Virus record (IMG/VR): IMGVR_UViG_2645727901_000008
Length of the DNA stretch: 64,000 nucleotides
Reading direction: 5' to 3' (one strand)
Origin: a virus
Taxonomy: Duplodnaviria; Heunggongvirae; Uroviricota; Caudoviricetes
A program made the translations under genes and the position numbers. Every line of letters starts with the position of its first letter. Within the stretch, counting starts at the first letter, position 1. Below are positions 51,046 through 58,108 of the stretch, piece by piece. Below the pieces are notes generated by a model. That model saw nothing but the letters and a program-made list of their open reading frames with translations. It did not search any database and was not told the DNA's origin.

Positions 51046-51531
51046 ATGGCAAACATTGAACCTCGCTGGCTAATTGAAGCCCGTAAGCACATTGGCCTGA
51101 CTGAAATAAAAGGCGCTAAACACAACCCTGAAATCGTTCAGTTCTGGCGCGACATCAAGCGCGGCGGAATTAAAGACGATGAAACGCCGTGGTGCGCAGC
51201 ATTTGTCGGTGCAATGCTGGAACGTGTAGGCATCCGCTCAACAAGATTTGAGTCGGCAAAATCCTATCTGGATTGGGGCGAGAAATTAGATACACCGGCA
51301 TACGGATGTATCGTTGTATTTACCCGCGTAGGCGGTGGGCACGTAGGCTTCGTTGTCGGACGCCGTGCCAATGGCGATCTGCTTGTCCTGGGTGGGAACC
51401 AGGGGGATGCTGTTAATATTCGCGCATTCCCAACATCAAGAGTGTCTGGCTATCGCTGGCCTGCTGGCGAACCACGCAATACCGCTCTGTTACCAGTCGG
51501 AGACGCAGCAACCTCAACTAATGAGGCATGA
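51046..51531 (+). CDS. Putative cell-wall hydrolase (TIGR02594 / CHAP-NlpC-like)
   Basis: GAKHNPEIVQFW..DDETPWCAAFVGAML..GGHVGFVVG, the catalytic Cys/His layout I associate with TIGR02594. Confidence 0.5.
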   Translation: MANIEPRWLIEARKHIGLTEIKGAKHNPEIVQFWRDIKRGGIKDDETPWCAAFVGAMLERVGIRSTRFESAKSYLDWGEKLDTPAYGCIVVFTRVGGGHVGFVVGRRANGDLLVLGGNQGDAVNIRAFPTSRVSGYRWPAGEPRNTALLPVGDAATSTNEA

Positions 51532-51555
51532 AAAAAGCCCCGGCCAGGCCGGGGC
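51532..51555 (-). terminator. Intrinsic terminator of immI-like module 2
   Basis: Minus strand: GCCCCGG-CCTGG-CCGGGGC followed by TTTTT. Confidence 0.6.
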
Positions 51556-51563
51556 ATCACGCT

Positions 51564-51764
51564 TCAATTCACGATCCAATCATTACCGACTATATCAGCC
51601 GTCGATAAATCAACTTCCCGGATCTGGAGTCCATTAATACAAAACCATCCGGTAGTAGAGTAATTATCAGGCCAGGCCCATACACCAACACTCCATGCTT
51701 TACGGCGGCACACTTCAGCCTGTCCTTCCCTGATTTTTTTTACCGCCTGCATGATGTCCATCAC
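51564..51764 (-). CDS. Stand-alone DUF2829-like protein
   Basis: 66 aa: EVCRRKAWSVGVWAWP..STADIVGNDWIVN. Equivalent to the C-terminal domain fused to the module-1 antirepressor. Confidence 0.45.
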   Translation of the reverse strand: MMDIMQAVKKIREGQAEVCRRKAWSVGVWAWPDNYSTTGWFCINGLQIREVDLSTADIVGNDWIVN

Positions 51765-52468
51765 TCACCTCCCCAACCGATCACCTGGAATTGCCCCATT
51801 TTGGGGTGATACCAGCGTTTTCCTCGGTGTTCAGCCTCCGACATCATCCGGTTAAAAGCATTCATGAAGGGAGATAAGGCCACGATGGAACGACGCGACA
51901 ATACCCCCTCTGGAGTTAAAAACTCATGTGTATCGGTGGGGATCCGGTAAGCGTTAACCAGGTTGCGACATTTGGCTTCGGTCAGGCCGCATTTTGCCGC
52001 CAGCTGGCGGTAGCCAATGTAACCTTCCGGCATGTTGCCCTTCTTGATTTGCTCGACGGTTTCTACCACCTGGCTAACCTTTGACTCAACAACATGAAGC
52101 CGCTTTTGCTGCTGAACTGCATTTGCAGCCATTGCGGCGATCATCTCTATTTCGGTCAACGGCTGGCGTGCTTGTTCTTCCAGTTCGCGCCAGCGGTCCA
52201 CCAGCCGGGCGGTGAATTCGGGAGAGAGCTGCGCGACGACGATAATGCTATCGCGCTTGCCTTGCTCGCCTTCGAAGACGTAAGCCTCAACACTACGTCG
52301 TAGTCCTAAGTTATTGATTTTTTCGAAAACCTCAATTTGAGGACGAACAATAACGCCACCTTTGTCTAATGTCTCAATAGTGCGTTTCACATTGTCATGA
52401 CGTTTTCCCACCAGCTCCGCGATCTCAATGCTGGTCATTGATGGCTTTTCGAGAATGCAGATATCCAT
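51761..52468 (-). CDS. ant: Antirepressor-type protein (Rha/Ant family), module 2
   Basis: MTSIEIAELVGKRHDNVKRTIETL..YVFEGEQGKRDSIIVVAQLSPEFTARLVDRWRELE. The central and C-terminal parts are near-identical to 13615-14541. Confidence 0.65.
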   Translation of the reverse strand: MDICILEKPSMTSIEIAELVGKRHDNVKRTIETLDKGGVIVRPQIEVFEKINNLGLRRSVEAYVFEGEQGKRDSIIVVAQLSPEFTARLVDRWRELEEQARQPLTEIEMIAAMAANAVQQQKRLHVVESKVSQVVETVEQIKKGNMPEGYIGYRQLAAKCGLTEAKCRNLVNAYRIPTDTHEFLTPEGVLSRRSIVALSPFMNAFNRMMSEAEHRGKRWYHPKMGQFQVIGWGGE

Positions 52469-52692
52469 CAGTGAGCCTCCGCAATGCCGGGATTGGTAAT
52501 ATTGCGATACCAGGGATTGGTGTTTGGTTGTGGGGAAGTGGAGAAACGACCAGTGAGAACGCCATACTGATCAGGGATCAGAGAACGGGCTTCTTTTTCA
52601 GTTGCGGCAATTGCGAAGTGATCGCAGTGTTTTTGCAGGGAGTGAAAACGCCAGATGAATTCTGGACGTGAGCAAGGATTGGCATTAACCAT
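52468..52692 (-). CDS. icd: Icd-like small protein, module 2
   Basis: 74 aa, EFIWRF motif, ends AEAH like its paralogue (VEAH). TGATG coupling to ant. Confidence 0.55.
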   Translation of the reverse strand: MVNANPCSRPEFIWRFHSLQKHCDHFAIAATEKEARSLIPDQYGVLTGRFSTSPQPNTNPWYRNITNPGIAEAH

Positions 52693-52740
52693 AGTTACGG
52701 CCTCACTAACAGGTTTAACAACCTGCTACCCGCTGCTAAA

Positions 52741-52819
52741 CAGGTGGCAGGACGTGACGGGGTTAGCAGACTGGCGTTAGTGAAACCAGCAGGCCGAAGC
52801 CTCCCCATCACGCCCCACC
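52741..52819 (-). ncRNA. c4: c4-like antisense immunity RNA, module 2 (~77 nt)
   Basis: Same architecture as module 1: terminal helix GGUGG..GCGUGAUGGGG / CCCCGUCACGU..CCACC, a GGC-UUCG-GCC hairpin, loop CACUAAC and single-stranded CUGCUAA. Each has complements upstream (52888, 52902) and downstream (52704 over the SD, 52733). Confidence 0.65.
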
Positions 52820-52851
52820 ATAATTTGGGCGTAACGCGGTTTTACGGACAC

Positions 52852-52880
52852 AAAAATACCGCAATATCGGATATCTGCGG
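52852..52880 (-). terminator. Hairpin plus U-run between the a1/b1 boxes and c4 (module 2)
   Basis: Minus strand: CCGCA..TGCGG followed by TATTTTTG. Positional equivalent of 14942-14963. Confidence 0.4.
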
Positions 52881-53022
52881 TTGTCCGCACTAACATTCAG
52901 GCTGCTAAACCCGGTCGCAGAATTTGCTACGACGACATGAATATAAGCCTGAAAACATGGAAGATCAACTAAAAATTTCAGCAATAGATGACTTCAGTCG
53001 ATGATGCAGATCATACATTCCG

Positions 53023-53052
53023 ATTTAGAAACGGCAAATTAATTTTCTAACA
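53023..53052. promoter_or_regulatory. Bivalent motif (candidate operator) upstream of immI-like module 2
   Basis: ATTTAGA-N16-TCTAACA. The minus-strand half is the exact consensus TGTTAGAAAATTAATTT. This is the position of P1 Op51. Confidence 0.5.
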
Positions 53053-53106
53053 CAAAATGTCGAGCGAGCATTTTCCGATCATTGGGATGTTTTGTAGACG
53101 CACAGG

Positions 53107-54069
53107 TCACCCCCTAAAGCCAGCCGGGATTGACCAATCCTCACGGTCAAATTCAGACCGATAGCCACGCTGTTTCATCAGGTCAAAGGCTTCACCAATG
53201 GTTGCACACCCCTGGGAGCCAGAATAATCCATTGAGAAATCCAGGGCACTGGATTGTTTAGGCTTATTCACTGCGGTAGCGGCACTACGTATCCATGCAA
53301 ATTTTTTTGCCAGCTTTTCAGCGGTACGATACAGAGCCTGCCGTTTTGTGTGCCCCTCGTCTGAACGACGCTTTGCAGCTCTCGCTTTTGCCGCCGCCAG
53401 GCAGTGGTTGGTCTGTTCTTCCCTGATTACTGTTTTTTTATCCAGCACCCCGTTATCCGTTTGAGAACTATCTGCTGGTGAAGCCTTTGGCTGAACCGCG
53501 CATGATCTTTCTCTTCTTTTGGCTATAGAGTGACTCTTATTTTCTATTGGCTGTTCATTTTGAACATGGGGGGACTTGTTCAATTTGAACAGGGGGTTCC
53601 CAGTTTCAAAAAAATAACGAACCTTTGAAATCAACTGCTTAACCAGTTTTGTGGCGTTGGCAAATTTGATGCCCTGCTTACCCCCTATCTCCATTGCTAC
53701 ATGAATGAAGTGGAGAAATTGTGTCGTAAACCGATATACGTTACACACCTGGGCATTGTTATTCGCTACCTGATGTTGCTTAACAAGCATTCCGCACTTC
53801 GTCGCTTCAGCAAATGCCCGGCGTACAGTAGAAATACTGCGTCCTGTAATCTCGGACATATCAGCATATGAGCGACGGATCATGTATTCATCGGTAGACC
53901 CTGCCAGGTTGGCGAACTCGGCAATAATGGCGCTATGTGAAGGGGAAAGAAGACCGCTATGACGAGCAAAAAAACTCAACTGATGACCTTTGATTTTTTT
54001 GTGGTATTCAGTGTTGTTTTTATACTCAGAAGTGTTGAAAGTTACTGAAACTGAATTTAAAATATTCAT
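53107..54069 (-). CDS. Putative winged-helix DNA-binding protein (possibly RepL-like replication/regulatory protein)
   Basis: wHTH-like segment MIRRSYADMSEITGRSISTVRRAFAEATKCGMLV, then a basic low-complexity centre. Confidence 0.3.
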   Translation of the reverse strand: MNILNSVSVTFNTSEYKNNTEYHKKIKGHQLSFFARHSGLLSPSHSAIIAEFANLAGSTDEYMIRRSYADMSEITGRSISTVRRAFAEATKCGMLVKQHQVANNNAQVCNVYRFTTQFLHFIHVAMEIGGKQGIKFANATKLVKQLISKVRYFFETGNPLFKLNKSPHVQNEQPIENKSHSIAKRRERSCAVQPKASPADSSQTDNGVLDKKTVIREEQTNHCLAAAKARAAKRRSDEGHTKRQALYRTAEKLAKKFAWIRSAATAVNKPKQSSALDFSMDYSGSQGCATIGEAFDLMKQRGYRSEFDREDWSIPAGFRG

Positions 54070-54133
54070 CAGATAGTTCCGTGCAAAAATCTATCTACCG
54101 TATAAATCTATGCCAGTGGATTTATACACCAAA

Positions 54134-54153
54134 AAGCCGCTTCTCAGCGGCTT
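54134..54153. terminator. Bidirectional terminator after the protease-candidate gene
   Basis: AAGCCGC-TTCTCA-GCGGCTT flanked by an A-run and T-runs. Confidence 0.55.
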
Positions 54154-54242
54154 TTGCTTTTTTTGGCAGTCGCTACCGGAGCAGTGACCGCGATCCTACT
54201 CAATCACATCGGACAGGATCAACAGTGTATATAAATACACTA

Positions 54243-54259
54243 TGTTAGAAATTTAATTT
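54243..54259 (+). promoter_or_regulatory. 17-bp motif copy
   Basis: TGTTAGAAATTTAATTT, preceded by the palindrome AGTGTATATAAATACACT. Confidence 0.45.
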
Positions 54260-54269
54260 CATGCAGCGG

Positions 54270-55268
54270 TTATCCCCGTCGCGAAACGAAGAGTAATGGG
54301 GTAGTATTTTTGCTCTCCTTCGGCGATAACTCCGGCTCTTTCTTGCCTGATATCGGCAAGCCATAAGTCGCATTTGCCCCCAGAGATTCAAGCATCGCAG
54401 CCACTATGCGAGCATCATCTTCAGACTGCATACGGCAGAGCGCCCGACGCTGTTCTGCGCTGATAAAAACAGGCAGCTCCTGGATAGCATCACGCAAAAT
54501 CCTACGGCATTTCTTCGCATCTTCGCCCTGGCTTTCCATCATTGCGGCCTGGTTGCGTAATTCGTCGCGAAGTTGCATATTTTCCACTTCAAGGAGCATC
54601 AATTCTGACTCAAGGGCTTCACGCTGTGCTGACTCGAAAATAGCCTGCTGATTCTTCATTGCTGAAAAGTGGTGAACAAGATCCGTAGCCGCGTTATCGG
54701 TAAAACCTTGTTCGATAAGTGCCGCATGAATAGCCGCGTCGCGCTCTTCTGCTGATTCCAGCATCAGACTTTTCTTGTCGAGGCTGATATAGTTAGGCAC
54801 AGTTACGTAATCAAAGCCGTGGAAAGACTTTACCAGGGATACCGATGAATCTGGACCAGATGTAGCCCACGACCAACCACCAGCACCAGAGTTAATCATG
54901 CCCTGAACAATACGCCCGGTGTCTGTATCCAGTATTTCCTGCGTATGAGTAACAATGCCGTTGTCGTCAATCGAAATGTCGATAGTCCTGTTTGACGGCA
55001 CGTTCTCCAATACAACAGGCTTCCCATCTACCATCACAACAGAGACTTCCGGCAAGTTCAGGCTTTTCGTTTTGTTATAGTGCATCGCCCGGCGACCATG
55101 ACCGTAATAACCATACATCTCACCCAGCGCGATACGCTCTTTTGTTTCTGGCGAGTTGAATGTGTCTCGTACCGACTGAATGACGTAATTTCGGTTGTTC
55201 TGCGGTGTGTGTTTGCGGATTTTCTCTACCAGGGAGAAGCGATCCGTAACAGTATTCAGTGATTGCAT
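54270..55268 (-). CDS. pro: Head protease/scaffold candidate (P1 Pro position)
   Basis: 332 aa immediately after the portal candidate, with a C-terminal coiled-coil region (ELMLLEVENMQLRDELRNQ). Assigned by synteny and size only. Confidence 0.45.
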   Translation of the reverse strand: MQSLNTVTDRFSLVEKIRKHTPQNNRNYVIQSVRDTFNSPETKERIALGEMYGYYGHGRRAMHYNKTKSLNLPEVSVVMVDGKPVVLENVPSNRTIDISIDDNGIVTHTQEILDTDTGRIVQGMINSGAGGWSWATSGPDSSVSLVKSFHGFDYVTVPNYISLDKKSLMLESAEERDAAIHAALIEQGFTDNAATDLVHHFSAMKNQQAIFESAQREALESELMLLEVENMQLRDELRNQAAMMESQGEDAKKCRRILRDAIQELPVFISAEQRRALCRMQSEDDARIVAAMLESLGANATYGLPISGKKEPELSPKESKNTTPLLFVSRRG

Positions 55269-55281
55269 TATTTCCCTCCGG

Positions 55282-56964
55282 TTAATTGCTCATCACAAAT
55301 TTTGCAAAGTTTATTAACTGTTCTGGCGTCCAGTTTTCCGGATCGTCACCGGACGACAACGGCGCGGATTCGTACATACCATGCTCGTTGTTTTGCTCTG
55401 ATTCATTCGCCTTAAACTCTTTGATCATGGTGTTGAGAGTGTCATCGTCGATGTGCAACTGCTCAGTGAACAGATAACGCATAAACGCGTCGCTACCAGC
55501 CAGTTTCGGGTTGTTCTGGATCTGGTCCATAATTTGGGAGATGACAGCAACAAAGTTGGCGCGTGCATCCAGTTCTCGGTTTTCCTCTTCCTGGATAGCA
55601 GTGTTCATTGAGTTGAATTGCACGTCATAAGGGCGGTTTGTTTCGGTGTAAACCTTGCCGTATTTATAAGCGAGGTGAATGTCCAGAAGCCGATAAATAG
55701 TTCGCTGGGCGGCCTGTCTGATCCAGTTCGCACGCAATGCAGCCTGGATAGCAGTTTGCTGCCAGCCGCCTTCTCCAAGCCCTCCGCTCATCTGATCAGC
55801 CCAGCCAAGCATTGTTGCGTCAATGCCGAGGCTTGCAGCAAGCTGCCGGAGGTGAAACATAACGTCTTCGATACCACTGATATCTGCGGGTATGGATTGC
55901 GTATCAATGGTGATGCCGTTCTTCCCGTCTCCCATAACAGGTATCAGATGGTTAAGCACAGTCGGAATAGCGTTGGCATTAATCGACCTTTGCGCCACCA
56001 GGTCACTATGACGCTTCAATGCCTGGCTGACGCCACGCGTATAGTTCGCCGCATTAACCGGGTCCAGTGTGTTCGTCGTAAGAGCAATCAGGCGGTCAAT
56101 TTTGGCTGCATTATTTCGCGTTGATTTCAGCGCGGCGAGCGAAGCACATAAATTAAGGTAAGGTTCATAGCTGTATTCCAGGAATGAAGTTCCGTAATTC
56201 TGCGTCTCCATTAACGGCTTATCAGCCTGATCACTTAACAGTGAATACCCTTTTGTACCGTAGCTAACCGGAATAACCTTATGCTGCGGCGTCCAATACG
56301 GGTTTTTCATGGAAACAAGATTCCACGGTTCGGTTATTACCCTGCGCAAACTATGCGTATCCAGAATGTAATCACCACTAAAACCGACCAGCTGGCTACC
56401 GCGATAAAATTCCTGGACGAAGTGTGGAAGAGTGTAATAACTGGATTCAATGCCAGTTATCCCTCTGCCCTGTTCAGCATAAGGTCGGACATAAGACACC
56501 CCAAAGATCGCCATAATCATGGCCCATGAAGGAAGTCCGTCATTAATCATTGCCCCCAAATCAGCTGTTAACTCTTCACACCTACTTACCGCCTCGGCAT
56601 CGGAACCATCTTTTGGCGAAAGCATGAATGCCAGCCCGGTTTTCTTTGAAGGCGCAAGCGCATGTGCAATATGAATGTTTAAAGCCGTTGAGATAGTCGG
56701 GCTTTTAGCCATCGTTTCCAGGATGTTGTACTTTTGCAGGCGCTCGCCGGGCAGTTCAGCGGATAAAGAAATTGAATCTGCTGCACTCGTCATGCCATCG
56801 CTGTTGCTACCCAGGATGCCTGGACGTAAAGCGGACAGGCCGGAACGAGCAACGACACTATGCCCGCTCGTAAAAACGACCGGATCGGCGGGCGTAACAT
56901 CACCACCGTTGAAGGCTTTCTTCAATGCCGACAGAAAGCCTTTGTTTTTGTCTTTCGTTGCCAT
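55282..56964 (-). CDS. prt: Portal protein candidate (P1 Prt position)
   Basis: 560-aa ORF followed by the protease/scaffold-like gene. Assigned by synteny and size only. Confidence 0.5.
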   Translation of the reverse strand: MATKDKNKGFLSALKKAFNGGDVTPADPVVFTSGHSVVARSGLSALRPGILGSNSDGMTSAADSISLSAELPGERLQKYNILETMAKSPTISTALNIHIAHALAPSKKTGLAFMLSPKDGSDAEAVSRCEELTADLGAMINDGLPSWAMIMAIFGVSYVRPYAEQGRGITGIESSYYTLPHFVQEFYRGSQLVGFSGDYILDTHSLRRVITEPWNLVSMKNPYWTPQHKVIPVSYGTKGYSLLSDQADKPLMETQNYGTSFLEYSYEPYLNLCASLAALKSTRNNAAKIDRLIALTTNTLDPVNAANYTRGVSQALKRHSDLVAQRSINANAIPTVLNHLIPVMGDGKNGITIDTQSIPADISGIEDVMFHLRQLAASLGIDATMLGWADQMSGGLGEGGWQQTAIQAALRANWIRQAAQRTIYRLLDIHLAYKYGKVYTETNRPYDVQFNSMNTAIQEEENRELDARANFVAVISQIMDQIQNNPKLAGSDAFMRYLFTEQLHIDDDTLNTMIKEFKANESEQNNEHGMYESAPLSSGDDPENWTPEQLINFAKFVMSN

Positions 56965-57048
56965 GAATCACCGCGAATTGTTTCCAGTTTCGCGGCAGCA
57001 TAATCAGTATGTGATTTGATAGGAGAGTTTTATTGGTGCTGTTAATGA

Positions 57049-57381
57049 TTACTTACACGCTTCCCTGCCCACATAGTCAGCGATGGAACCACTTACAATC
57101 CCCCCCATTTTGGGATCAGGTTTTGAATTTTTCATCTGTTCAAGCGTCTCCCCAGAACCAAGATACTTCACTTCATTTGTCATGCAATTATATATTCTCT
57201 TCGAATATGCTGTCCCAGATGGGCCTTCCCTTTTTGTAATGATAGTTTTATATTCACCTTCACGACCAATATCCAGCACTGTATAAGTAGCTTTTGGATC
57301 AGAAGGGATTTTTATCTTATAGGGCGCAGCACAAACTGATGCAGAAGCTAATAAAGCACAAACCAGGATTATATTTCTCAT
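57049..57381 (-). CDS. Secreted small protein (moron)
   Basis: Signal peptide MRNIILVCALLASASVCA. AT-rich. Confidence 0.45.
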   Translation of the reverse strand: MRNIILVCALLASASVCAAPYKIKIPSDPKATYTVLDIGREGEYKTIITKREGPSGTAYSKRIYNCMTNEVKYLGSGETLEQMKNSKPDPKMGGIVSGSIADYVGREACK

Positions 57382-57425
57382 AACTATACTCCATGTTATA
57401 AATTATCAAAGCTAAGTAAGTAAAA

Positions 57426-57983
57426 CTAATCTGGATCAACAATAAGTTGTGAAACCTTCGCTGCAAGTCTTATATAGCGTTCAGCTTCATTTCTGGTGAT
57501 TTCAAAATCCAGAAAGTGCGCGGCTTCATTTCTTAGCGAGCGAAGCCGTTTTAACAGCAAAGCAGCGGAATCTTCAAGTTTTCCTTCTTGAATCAACCAG
57601 TCAATGAATAGTTCTGGATTCCGTTTCGGCTTTAACCCTCCCTGTATAAAACCAGAGCGCCCGGCAGCCTCCTCTACCATCAACCATGACTCCATAATAG
57701 CAGCTCTAGGTGAAAAATCAGCAATTCTCTCTAATTGTGCGATTTTATTTATATATTCAGAGTTATTATTACCATTGTTAATATTTTTATTCCCAACTGA
57801 TGCATCTGTTGCTAATACTTCTGCTGCGGTTAGTCCCGCATTAAACTCAGCTTCAGCTGCTCCAATCTTGAATCTACTCAGACGTACTATTAACTCCTTA
57901 ATATCAACCCCATACTTATTAACAAACCACACAAACACCAATGGCCATGCAAGAGCTGAAACCAAATCTGTAAATGATGACAT
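57426..57983 (-). CDS. N-terminally membrane-anchored protein with a DUF4145-like C-terminal domain
   Basis: LVSALAWPLVFVWFV (TM), an N-rich linker, then ..LLLKRLRSLRNEAAHFLDFEITRNEAERYI (the LRxxRNxAAH signature I associate with DUF4145). AT-rich. Confidence 0.4.
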   Translation of the reverse strand: MSSFTDLVSALAWPLVFVWFVNKYGVDIKELIVRLSRFKIGAAEAEFNAGLTAAEVLATDASVGNKNINNGNNNSEYINKIAQLERIADFSPRAAIMESWLMVEEAAGRSGFIQGGLKPKRNPELFIDWLIQEGKLEDSAALLLKRLRSLRNEAAHFLDFEITRNEAERYIRLAAKVSQLIVDPD

Positions 57984-58108
57984 CGGTTATCCTCATTCAT
58001 TATATTCTCAGCTAGTTTACATATTATTAAACAGGAACAAAAATGAATTATGCGCCCATCTTCAGATATGTTATGAACGCACAGAAAGAGCATTAAGTTA
58101 CATTGATG

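Noticed and set aside
2170-54259. Reading the TGTTAGAAA motif as the Lpa-dependent late-promoter box
   Set aside because: - The motif is absent upstream of the lydA/dar late operon.
- It sits in front of P1 C1-controlled gene equivalents (ref, the c4 operon, the lpa position, hrdC).
- It overlaps complete sigma70-type -35/-10 pairs and occurs in both orientations, including over a start codon.
- This behaviour fits an operator better than an activator site at a fixed -22 position.
- It remains the main alternative and needs experimental resolution.
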